DNA of 64,000 bases from Octopus sinensis (Eukaryota), in the NCBI RefSeq assembly GCF_006345805.1, contig NC_043003.1, positions 97,340,001 to 97,404,000 of the forward strand, read 5' to 3'. Every line of letters starts with the position of its first letter. The stretch's first letter is position 1. Position numbers and translations under genes: made by a program. This document shows, one piece after another, positions 26,401-37,082 of the stretch. Below the pieces are notes generated by a model, which did no database searches, had not been told where the DNA came from, and was given only the letters and a program-made list of their open reading frames with translations.

Positions 26401-26585
26401 AACATATTCTTAAAACAAACGAACACGTTCGCATAACAGAAGAATTAGATTATGAAAATATATTTCCAAAGTCAACAAACACGCATGAAAAAACAAAAAC
26501 AGCACAACTACAGAATTCAACACTACAAAATAATAAAACGACAAAAAGTGGACGACGAATAATTATTCCCTGTAGATACAGATGA
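23438..26585 (+). pseudogene. pol: pol (protease, RT, RNase H, integrase) with a frameshift near 25395
   Basis: KIDTGAD, LDASNGYWQI, SQDDIII, TDASKHGLG, NDHKPL; then in another frame HTGHMGIEKC, SDNGPEF, NGMVER. Confidence 0.92.
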
Positions 26586-27278
26586 TATAAATAATAAAAA
26601 AAAAGGAAGATGTTATATAATCATCACAACAAACATGAACAATCAACGTCGCCCATTGTCTCCCTTGATAAAAGGACTTTCACTTTGTTTCCCGCCAAAA
26701 CAATTAACTTGTACAACAACGGCAGTCGAATAAAGTATCTTGTATCGTTAACACGTTGTTTCAGTCTCTCTCATTTTCTTAATCTTTCATACTAAGTACT
26801 CACTACTTCCTTTAATACTCAATACATATATATATATAACAACAACAGCAGCTATCAATAACATCGTTGAGTTAACCAATGAAAGATGAAAATAAAATAT
26901 CAATAAAGAAGATTTAGGGAAGTTCAGAGAGCCAACTGTAGAGATAGTAATACCAGAATGGATTCTTTATACTGGACCAGTTTGCTAAAAATATCACTGA
27001 CTAGAAGAGCAGTACAAAGCAGACTTGTCGTTATGGATATAATATCTTGCTGTAGTAAACTGCTTCGGGAGATAAAACTAAAGAAAACACAGATGACGTT
27101 AAATGCAATCTTGAAAAAATATGCAAGAAAGAACCAAAGCTTGGAGCATCACCCTAGATATAGAATTTTTTGTCCTATTTCGCATTGATGCTTTTTGACA
27201 GAATTAATGGTTGACAGAATTAATGTTTAGTAACTTTATGATATTAGATCTTTATGTAATTAGGAGATGTTACGGTAT

Positions 27279-27557
27279 AAGTACCAGATACAAATAAAAA
27301 GTGTTGTTTTTTTTATATGGGGGGTTAAGGTTAGGGTTTGTGTTAGGGTTAGGGTTAAGGTATGTGGCGATGCTTCGGTATATGTACACACGTGACTTTG
27401 TTTACATTTCTGAAGATAATAGAAACCTTTTCTCCCACCCCTAACCCAACCCTAACACAAACCCTAACCCTAACAGAAACCCTAACCCTAATCCTAACCC
27501 TAACCCTAACCCACCATATATAAAAAAAAACACTTTTTTGAAATGTATCCGGTACTT
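27279..27557. mobile_element. Fold-back MITE carrying (TTAGGG)n and (CCCTAA)n in its arms
   Basis: TIRs aagtaccagatacaaataaaaagtgtt...atatgg / ccatatataaaaaaaaacacttttttgaaatgtatccggtactt. Confidence 0.75.
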
Positions 27558-27783
27558 CTTTATTATTCGCAAGGCGCCAAACTTAGAGGGGACAAACAAG
27601 GACAGACACAGGTAATAAGTCGATTACATCGACCCCAGTGCGTAACTGGTACTTAATTTATCGACCCCGAAAGGATGAAAGGTAAAGTCGACCTCGGCGG
27701 AATTTGAACTCACAACGTAACGGCAGACGAATACCGCTAAGTATTTCGCCCGGCGTGCTAACGATTCTGCCAGCTCGTCGCCT
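27558..27783 (-). mobile_element. SINE family B, full length
   Basis: Matches 52663-52892 in reverse. Confidence 0.9.
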
Positions 27784-28044
27784 ATCGCCTGTAATTACAA
27801 CCTAACTTCAGATCACAGTGCGTAATATCATAATGTACGTCGTCATCTAAAATTAGGAAACAGTTGAGGACGTAACAAGTCTCAAAATTGGTTAACCGTT
27901 TGACAATATTGGTGTTCATTTGTGTTCGTATTAACTGTTGGAAAATAGCCTAGCATGCTATTTATTAGTTTTATTCATGCTGTTATAATAACGCCATTTA
28001 GCACAGCATCTTTAGCAACATATATGCAGCGCTAGGCGCTGTAT

Positions 28045-28281
28045 TACTCTTTTCTCTTTACTCGTTTACTTGTTTCAGTCATTTAACTGCGGCCATGCTG
28101 GAGCACCGCCTTTAGTCGAGCAACTCGACCCCGGGACTTATTCTTTGTAAGCCCAGTACTTATTCTATCGGTCCCTCTTTTGCCGAACCGCTAAGTGACG
28201 GGGACGTAAACACACCAGCATCGGGTGTCAAGCAATGCTAGGGGGACAAACACACACACACACACATACATATATATATAT
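28045..28281 (-). mobile_element. SINE family A, 3' half
   Basis: Matches 2886-3100 and stops in the internal (CA)n(TA)n. Confidence 0.85.
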
Positions 28282-28282
28282 A

Positions 28283-28677
28283 CTAGCAGTATCGCCCGGC
28301 GTTGCTCGGGTTTGTAAGGGAAATAATTAAATAAGCATTTTTAGAGATGTAAAGTATAATAGCCATCTCAATATGGCTAACCACAAAGGGGGAGGGGTGT
28401 TACTGTAGCTTTTTACGTTCTGAGATTTAATAATAAATTTTAGAGAGTTACTTCCCTTATATATGTCAAAAATGGATTAAAAATGGGAAAAATTGATGGT
28501 AAATTTTTATTTAAATCGTAGACTCATCGTAGACGCGCGCTAATACCCAGACGGTCTCGATATGAATCACGACTATAAGATACCCGGTTTTGGTTAAACT
28601 GCACCGCAAAATGTGGAGTAGTTAGGAATGTAAATCGTAGGAGACAGACACACAACCTCACTTTTATATATAAAGAT
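28283..28677 (-). mobile_element. Non-autonomous Helitron, family H1
   Basis: Minus strand A|TCTTTATATATAAAAG ... cccgagcaacgccgggcgatactgCTAG|T. Confidence 0.88.
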
Positions 28678-28834
28678 TTCCTCTATTTACATAATATTGA
28701 GGTCTCTTTCTTTCTTTTTATCTTACTGTTTTTACCAATATACATATATATAATAATAAATATATATATAGTTACAGAGATGTACTTGCATAGCAAGTGA
28801 CTTGATCTGAGATCGTGTGCTGGAACGAAAACAG

Positions 28835-29092
28835 TTGCAGCGTTGAAGGTGTTTGTAAGCCATTTAAGAAACACACAAAAAACCGTTAGATTCACTTCAA
28901 CATTTAAATTTAATTTGTCAAAATATTTTCGTCGCTTTGAGACCGCGACCTGTTAGCACGATATTTTTGTCAGTGAACAGGTCGCGGTCTGAAAGCGACG
29001 AAAATATTTTGGCAAATTAAATTTAAATGTTGAAGTGAATGTAACGGTTTTTGTGTTTCTTAAATGGCTTACAAACACCTTCCACGCTGCAA
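28835..29092. repeat. Long inverted repeat, about 120-bp arms with a 21-nt spacer
   Basis: 28835-28954 is the near-perfect reverse complement of 28976-29092. Confidence 0.92.
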
Positions 29093-29819
29093 TATATATA
29101 TATACACACATATATATATATATATATGTATGTATGTATGTATGTGTGTATATGTGTATGCATGTATGTGTGTGTGTGTGCGTGTCTGTGCTTGTGATTG
29201 TCCTCCACCACTGCTTGACAACGAATGTTGGTTTGTTTACATCCCTGTCACCTAGTGGTTTGACAAAGGAAACAGATAGAATAAGTACAATGCTTACAAA
29301 AATAAAACTGGAGTTGATTCATTAAACTACAATTCTTCAAGGCATTGCCCCAGCATGGCCACAGACCAATGGCTGGAAAAAAGCAGAAGAATAAAAGAAT
29401 ACATTCTCTGCTTTGGTCCTATGTTCAAGGCATGAGAAAGCTTGAGTTTACATGAGAAGGCCTAACAGACCTGGTAGAAACAGCAGCCAAATCTCCCTCA
29501 AATCACACCTTACTGTCTTATGTATGTATATATATATATATGAGCCAATGAGGGGGACCTCTACATGGTAGCTAGACCTGGTAACATGGTAGAAATAGCA
29601 GCCAAATCTCCCTCAAATCACACCTTACTGTCGTATCTTTCTGCTACTTGGATATAGGTGTTATATTCGTCGTAAAAAACTTTCCTGTCACACACTCACG
29701 CACACGCACACTCACACACGCGCACCCTCACACACACACACACGCGCACGCACACACACACACACACACACACACGCACGTTAGCTTACAATTTTATTTA
29801 TATATTTGCGTGTCTATGT

Positions 29820-30146
29820 GTGGAAAGAGGAAGTGGGAGGCAGAGTGAAAGAATCACTCACTACAGTAAGGGAATTACTTTCATTTTATTCGTTGCCCAC
29901 TGTGTGTGTGCGTTTGCGTGTGGTGTAAACCAGACTAAGAAAAGCATTTGACACACACACCAGAATGTGAGTTTTCTGTAAATTTTGCTTAATTGGAGTT
30001 TAAATTTAAAAAACTGGACCTGGCATGACGCGATGCATTGTACTCTTAAAAATGCTAGGTAAATTGTAATTGAAGAAATCCTATATTGTAGATTTGTATA
30101 ACTCCCAAAGGGAGGCAGATAAAATCTGCCTTTTATAATAAGAGAT
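29820..30146 (-). mobile_element. Probable Helitron 5' portion (another family)
   Basis: Minus strand begins A|TCTCTTATTATAAAAGGCAG. No 3' hairpin found. Confidence 0.45.
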
Positions 30147-30155
30147 ATACATAAA

Positions 30156-30321
30156 TACGACGGGCTTCTTTCAGTTTCCGTCTACCAAATCCACTCACAA
30201 GGCATTGGTCGGCCCGGGGCTATAGCAGAAGACACTTGCCCAAGATGTCACGCAGTGGGACTGAACCCGGAACCATGTGGTTGGTTAGCAAGCTACTTAC
30301 CACACAGCCACTCCTGCGCCT
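30156..30321 (-). mobile_element. SINE family A, 5' half
   Basis: Matches 3107-3271. Confidence 0.88.
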
Positions 30322-30649
30322 GTGTGTCTTTTTCATAGAAGTTACAACCAAATCTTCCTGAAGTCACATTACGCTAAAAAATGAGATGCTCACGGCTGGA
30401 ACCAGTGACGCCACCAGCATTCTGTATTAGCATAAGAAAGTATCGGCTACGAAAACTATGAGGTTCGGTGAAGTCCTTCATATTCAAAGTCAGTTTTCAG
30501 CGTAATCGTGAAGTTACAATAACTACTAAGAATACGTAAGTAGGTAACAAAATTTGCTTAGTAGGTGCAAGCTCGGTTACAAAAATTTTACAAACAAGGT
30601 CGATTTCTCCAATCTTAATATGAAAACAAAAACAAATATAATAATGATT

Positions 30650-30858
30650 TTAAATTTTGGCACAAGGCCAGCAATTCTGGGGGAGGGGATAAGTCGATTA
30701 CATCGATCCCAGTGCTTAACTGGTACTTATTTTATTGACCCCGAAAGGATGAAAGGCAAAGTCGACCTCGGCGGAATTTGAACTCTGAACGCGAAGACGG
30801 ACGAAATGCCGCTAAGCATTTTGTTTGGCGTGCTATCGATTCTGCCAGCTCGACACCT
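30650..30858 (-). mobile_element. SINE family B
   Basis: Characteristic body and head. Confidence 0.85.
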
Positions 30859-30872
30859 TAAAAACGCATATG

Positions 30873-30914
<42 letters not shown>

Positions 30915-30938
30915 GCAATAATAATAATAATAATAATA

Positions 30939-30980
<42 letters not shown>
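30873..30980. repeat. (AAT)n directly abutting (ATT)n
   Basis: Direct reading. Confidence 0.95.
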
Positions 30981-31099
30981 ATTTGTTTCTTTACTACCCA
31001 CAAGGGGCTAAACACAGAGGGGACAAACAAGGACAGACAAACAGATTAAGTCGATTACATCGACGCCAGTGCGTAACTGGTACTTAATTTATCGACCCC

Positions 31100-31920
31100 A
31101 AAAGGAAGCCTGCTTCCCAACTACATGGTCTGGGGTTCAGTCCCATTGCGTAGCATCTTGGGCAAGTGCCTTCTACTATAACTATAGCTTCAGGCCGACC
31201 AAAGCATTGTGAGTGGATTTGGTAGACAGAAACGGAAAGCCCGTCGTGTATGTGTGTGTGTATGTATGTGTGTGTGTGTGTGCGCGCGCGCATGTATGTA
31301 TGTGTGTGTGCGTCTGTGTCTTTCCCTACACCATCGCTTGACAACCGGTATTGGTGTAGTTATGTCCCCCGTAATTTAGCAGTTCGGCAATAGTAGCCGA
31401 TAGAATAAGTACGAGGCTTTTAAAAATTAAGTACTGGGGTTGATAAATTCCACTAGAATTTCTTCAAGATGGTATTGCAGCATGGCTGCAGTCTAATGAC
31501 TGAAACAAGTAACAAAAAAAAAGACATAGGCGCAGGAGTGGCTGTGTGGTAAGTAGCTTGCTTACCAACCACATGGTTCCGGGTTTAGTCCCACTGCGTG
31601 GCATCTTGGGCAAGTGTCTTCTGCTATAGCCCGGGCCGACCAATGCTTGTGAGTGGATTTGGTAGACGGAAACTGAAAGAAGCCTGTCGTATATATGTAT
31701 ATATATATGTATGTGTGTCTGTGTTTGTCCCCCTAGCATTGCTTGACAACCGATGGTGGTGTGTTTACGTCCCCGTCACTTAGCGGTTCGGCAAAAGAGA
31801 CCGATAGAATAAGTACTGGGCTTATAAAGAATAAGTCCCGGGGTCGATTTGCTCGACTAAAGGCGGTGCTCCAGCATGGCCGCAGTCAAATGACTGAAAC
31901 AAGTAAAAGAGTAAAAGAGT
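31100..31920 (+). mobile_element. Two tandem SINE family A copies (old 31100-31510; young full-length 31529-31920)
   Basis: Head ggcgcaggagtggctgtgtgg and tail aagtaaaagagtaaaagagt. Confidence 0.88.
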
Positions 31921-32154
31921 ATACACAGCTTAGAAAAATTAAGTCCACAGCCTTACAACAATTTGAAGCAGTTTGAACAGTTCAAAGAAGACAACTCTGT
32001 AGAGATACAAAAGCTCAAGTAAACTCGATGATATGTTTTGCAATGTTGCATTCTGCCTTCAAGTCGTCAAAAGTTCAGCTGATATCTTTCTGCCAGGAAT
32101 TTCAGACTGTCGATGTTTAGAAACTGGTCACTTTAAGATATAAGATGGAAAATG

Positions 32155-32480
32155 ACTCTCTGAGTGGGTGCAGAAAAGTTCTTTGGCTTTGCGTAAAAGA
32201 AAATACAGGAGGATCAATTAATTATGATTTTATTCAATATATTTCCCCTCTCAGATTCACTCACTTATTGCAGTGATACTTCAGTTTTTCTAAGTCCTTA
32301 TTTTTTTAATTACATTTTATAAATAATTACATTGTGTGTTGTGTTAATATGTTATGTTTAATTTAATTATTTTAGGTATAATATTTTAGAATATTGGGTT
32401 TTTCTAAGAACTCGGAAGTCTGGGCCTTTCACGTAATCCTTAAAGACAGGAATTTTTCAGCACCCACTCGTAGTTTTCCG
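32155..32480 (-). mobile_element. Mariner-type terminal remnant (same family as 47018-47230)
   Basis: Shared aaaagttc(t)ttggcttt...attatgattttattcaa..atattccc..cagattcac.cacttattgcag. Minus strand gives an NKCVNL...YVE*-like C-terminus. Confidence 0.6.
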
Positions 32481-32568
32481 TCGAAAAGCGACGACAGAGC
32501 TATAAGCAAGTCCGATCCAAAATGGGAACGGTCCCGAGGCGAAAATCGGTAAAAGTTTCTTCAACCAC

Positions 32569-33160
32569 GAGCTGGCAGAAACGTTAGCACGCCAGGCGAA
32601 ATGCTTAGCGGTATTTCGTCTGCCGCTACGTTGTGAGTTCAAATTCCGCCGAGGTCGACTTTACCTTTCATCCTTTCGGGGTCGATAAATTAAGTACCAG
32701 TTACGCATTGGGGTCGATGTAATCGACTTAATACCTATGTCTGTCCTTGTTTGTCCCTTCTATGTTTGGCCCCTTGTGGGTAATAAAGAAATAGGTATTT
32801 CGTCTGCTGCTACGTTCTGAGTTCAAATTCCACCGAGGTCGACTTTGCCTTTCATCCTTTCGGGGTCGATAAATTAAGTACCAGTTCCGCACTGGGGTCG
32901 ATGTAATCGACTTAATACCTATGTCTGTCCATGTTTGTCTCCTCTATGTTTAGCCCCTTGTGGGTAATAAAGAAATAGGTATTTCGTCTGCCGTTACGTT
33001 CTGAGTTCAAATTCCGCCGAGGTCGACTTTGCCTTTCATCCTTTCGGGGTCGATAAATTAAGTACAGTTACGCACTGGGGTCGATATAATCGACTTAATC
33101 CGTTTGTCTGTCCTTGTTTGTCCCCTCTGTGTTCAGCCCCTTGTGGGTAGTAAAGAAATA
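32569..33160 (+). mobile_element. Head-to-tail SINE family B trimer inside one 21-bp TSD
   Basis: Units 32610-32793, 32794-32977 and 32978-33160. TSD ggtaaaagt(t/g)tcttcaaccac at 32548-32568 and 33161-33181. Confidence 0.9.
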
Positions 33161-34189
33161 GGTAAAAGTGTCTTCAACCACCTCCTAAACACCTTATTGA
33201 CCACTGAAGCCTCCAAATGCTGTGGCATTAGCCTTGTAGCTTTCGTTTCTGCCAAACCAGCTGGATGTTTTTAATAAGTCTTTTGCTTGACCGTATTCTG
33301 TGCCTTCGTTGCCCCAAAAGCTTGATTCGTATCAAAACTTCTTCGCAGGCAAAAAAGTCAAAGAAATGATTTTCCTTCAATTTCCTCTTTCCTGTTATTT
33401 GATATCCTCTCTGAAATAGCTTTGAAATTATTGCTTAATTGAACGAAAGCAGAAAAATACTAACAAGTAAATAAATAATAATCGGTGGCAATGATTGTGA
33501 TGGTGAGTATTGTTGTTGTTGGTGTTGTTGTTGTTGGTGGTGGTGGTGATGGTGGTGGTGGTAATGATGTTGAAAATAAAATAAAAGTAAAAATAAAACA
33601 AGTACGAATTTGCAGCTGTTGGTGTAGATATAATAGTGGTAATGTTTGAAATGGAATGGTGATGATGACAGGAAAAATTAAGATTCTAGAGCGGTATGAA
33701 TTAATGCTAGATAAATAAATAAATAATAAAAAGAATGGTAAGAGGAGAATAAAGTGCAGTTGGCAGTGATGATGGTGTTGATGAGGAAGAGAGGTACATT
33801 CGTAGAAAGATAAAATCTAGATAGCTGCTAGCAATGACTACCAGAAAAGTATATAATATAAAATTAATATGGAGCTTCCAAAAAGAAAAAAAACTTAATG
33901 CAAGGTCAGCAAGTAGAGTCTTATAAATCGGCGGTTCCCGAGACTTTTTTTACACTATGGACGAGTTTCATAGAAGACAGTTTCTTTCTGAAACTGGTCT
34001 TCCTAATATAAACGGTTCGGCAAAAGACACCGAGAGAATAAGTTGCGGTCTTTTGAAAAAATAAGTACTGGGATCGCTGTGTTCGACTGGACCCTTCAAG
34101 ACGGTGCCCCAGTATGGCCGCAGTCTAATGACTGAGAGAAGTAGAAGATGAGATACATGTATATATACGTGTATATATATATATACGTG

Positions 34190-34276
<87 letters not shown>

Positions 34277-34281
34277 TTACA

Positions 34282-35081
34282 CTAGCAGCATAGCCCGGTA
34301 TTGCTCGGGTATGTAAGAAACTTTGTCAATAAGCAATACCCTTTACCTTTTTACCGTTATTTTGTAAAATCATGGTCGGTCTCAAAGTGATATGGTTTTG
34401 TCGATTTCTCCCAATACTTGTTAACTGCATTGACAAAAGGTCGTTAGTTTGACATTTAATGTCCAACATCGGTGTAGGGAAAATCTATGTGAACTTTCAA
34501 AAAATATCGCAGAAAAATCGGTTTGCTATGTGTGCCACATATGTAATTAACCGATTTTTTCCAGTAATAACGTATCCTATTGGAATCAAAAGGGCCATAT
34601 AGCTCCTTGGAGCAGACATGATGCTCGCTGTGAATTTCAAAAAAAATTCCTGCCAATTTGTTAAAGATATTGTCGAAACTATATCATCTTGCATTTGAAC
34701 GCGATTTCCCAAAATAGCATGATTTTATCGATTTTTTCTGATGGTAAGGTATCGCATGGAAAACTAACGTCAGAATTAAGTTCCTTAGGGTAACATTAAG
34801 CTTCACCATGAGTTTGGTGAAAATCAATTGCAAGTTGCGAAAACTACAACGGAAAATGTGTTGCATTTGATAAGCTTAGATTCTCGACCCCATGTCGAAT
34901 TTATCGATTTTTTTTAGAACTGGGGGAACTTTTCAAAATTTTCGCTGCGTTAGTTTTGAATTATGACATCGGGCTATGTGTGTGTCAAGTTTCATCAGAA
35001 TCGGTTGAAAGCCGTGGTCAGGGTGAGGGTACAACTTGACAGACACACAGACAGACAAACTGCCTGTTATATATAGAGAGA
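34282..35081 (-). mobile_element. Non-autonomous Helitron, family H2
   Basis: Minus strand A|TCTCTCTATATATAAC...gtctgtc ... cccgagcaataccgggctatgctgCTAG|T. Confidence 0.82.
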
Positions 35082-35127
35082 TAGAGATACATATCTTTCT
35101 CTATATATATATATACTTACATACATA

Positions 35128-36677
35128 TCTCTATATATATAAAACTGAGAATGAGTGTCTGTCTGTCTGTCTGTGTGTTTCCCTAAAACTTGAGAACTAC
35201 ACAACCAATTTCATTCAAATTTTACACATGCCTTACTTAGGGTCCATGTAGTTTCATGGGCAAAAACATGTTCAACCGCTTGCCTAGGGTGAGCCCATAG
35301 CGATATCATATCTTCTCCACTATTTCAGTATTACGTGTTAAAAGTGAAATAAAAACATCTCTCTATTTTATGTCAGATACTTTCACTTTAGCAATAAAAA
35401 TTAGAGATAATAATAACAATTGAATTATATGTAGTAAGTAATAATTAAAATCAAACTAAAGTATGATATAATAATTAAATCGTAACATTACATCAATGAC
35501 TTGAACTTGAATCTGTGGTTTCACATGAATGGGAATAAATAAAAAATAAAATCTAAGTGCAGAAATGGAATAGTCCAGATGGAGGCGTGCATTAGATTAT
35601 TTGCAAATTAGCTAGCATTAAGTATCTATATGAAGTTTGGCTGTACGAAAGATGTTTCTACTGAGTACCGCTGTTGGTTTATTTCTGATCCATAAAGGCC
35701 TATAGCTTCAACAGAGTACTGCTTTTTTGTTTACCGTAAGGTTTGTTGTTATTATTATTTCTGTTTAACTATTGTTATCGCGATTGTTGGTTCCTCGTAA
35801 GGGAAGCGTTGTTGTGTTGCATTTGTTAAATAATTGTAAACCGTAACCCTCTCCCTTTGGGAGAAGGAGCTTTGGTTATTGTTTAAAAATTGAATTGCGT
35901 CCCTGTTTGGGGAAATTGACAATATTTTCACCGTTTACACGGAAGCATTTTTGTTAGAATGCCTTTGATAGAAGAAAGTCCAAAAATGAATTTCGCTGCA
36001 GCCGTCGGCGGGCGGCGAACTCATTAAAATTAAAATGGAAGAAATACAAACCTATCTCGGATTGATCACCGACAAAGACGGTGAATCTAGGATAACACCA
36101 CCAAACGAAATAAAAAATAAAATTAAAGAAAAGACTATTGCCTATAAAGTATATAATGTAGAGAAAAAAAAACGATTTGAACACCTGGAGGAAAGCACCA
36201 TTGAAAAGTGTCTTGGTGAGACTATGAAAGATATCAAGTATCTAACGTGAGGCGGTAAATTCGCCACAATAGAAGCAAGGTTCGAGTCAACGGAGCATGC
36301 AAGGGAGTACTTGACTCGAACCTTGCAAAGTGGAAATATTTTATTTTTACCTTTATATCTGGGGCGAAGAACGTCCCGGATAAGGTTAAAATCCCCCCCC
36401 CCCGAAGTAGAGGTAGGCTGGATTGTAGCTACACTTCTATACAAGAGGGAGGACAAGATACAATTGATCGAAATTACAAGAGACGGGCTAACAATTCCAG
36501 TCTTTTATATATTTTGAGTATTGTTATCACTAGCGATATCAAGATATAACTTTGTATTTTGTATTTTATGAGTAGATGTATATATATAGATGTACATGTA
36601 ATATGTACACATATATATATACACATATATACATGCACTAGCACTATGACCCGGCAACGACGGGTCTTTAATGCTAG
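35128..36677 (+). mobile_element. Probable Helitron carrying a LINE 5' fragment
   Basis: A|TCTCTATATATATAAAACTGAG..(gtct)n head. The nearest CTAG|T hairpin end is at 36650-36678. That both ends belong to one element is inferred. Confidence 0.55.
36035..36517 (+). pseudogene. Putative L1/Tx1-type LINE ORF1 N-terminal fragment
   Basis: ORFs 36035 and 36311 share a frame split by one TGA (36248-36250). IEARFESTEHAREY and LPLYLGRRTSRIRL resemble LINE ORF1 RRM segments (recognition only). Confidence 0.45.
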
Positions 36678-36722
36678 TATATGTATATATATATATATTA
36701 TATATATATATATATATATGAA

Positions 36723-37043
36723 GGCGCATGGCTCAGTGGTTAGAGCGTCGAGCTTACGATCGTGAGCTCGAATCCCGGACCGGGCTGCGTGTTGTGTTCT
36801 TGAGCAAGGCACTTTATTTCACGTTGCTCCAGTTCACTCAGCTGTAGAAATGAGTTGCGACGTCACTGGTGCCAAGCTGTATCGACCTTTGTCTTTCCCT
36901 TGGATAACACTGGTGGCGTGGAGAGGGGAGGCTGGTATGCATGGGCGACTGCTGGTCTTCCATAAACAACCTTGCCCGGACTTGTGTCTAGGAGGGTAAC
37001 TTTCTAGGTGCAATCCCATGGTCATTCATGACCGAAGGGGGTC

Positions 37044-37044
<1 letters not shown>
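36723..37044 (+). mobile_element. tRNA-derived SINE family E
   Basis: ggcgcatggctcagtggttagagcg...ctcgaatccc head, followed by gtgttcttgagcaaggcacttt. Confidence 0.82.

Positions 37045-37074
<30 letters not shown>

Positions 37075-37082
<8 letters not shown>

Larger units (their letters stand above)
22349..26847 (+). mobile_element. Ty3/gypsy LTR retrotransposon, Mag-like, structurally complete and very young
   Basis: LTRs 22349-22583 and 26611-26847 (TG...CA) are identical except for one TA unit. 5-bp TSD GCAGC. PBS TGGTGTCAGAA (22584) is complementary to the tRNA-Leu 3' end. PPT at 26595-26610. Domain order gag-PR-RT-RH-IN. Confidence 0.97.

Noticed and set aside
26850-27190. Possible hAT transposase remnant (IVIPEWILY) as the gypsy target
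   Set aside because: A single short motif resemblance; too weak to call without a search.
32569-33160. Regularly spaced repeats resembling a CRISPR array
   Set aside because: The units are whole ~184-bp SINE bodies without unique spacers, the context is eukaryotic, and there are no cas genes.
36723-36790. tRNA gene (also heads at 1380-1450, 31529, 52663, 63575-63640)
   Set aside because: A and B boxes are present, but there is no complete cloverleaf acceptor stem and each continues into a SINE body.
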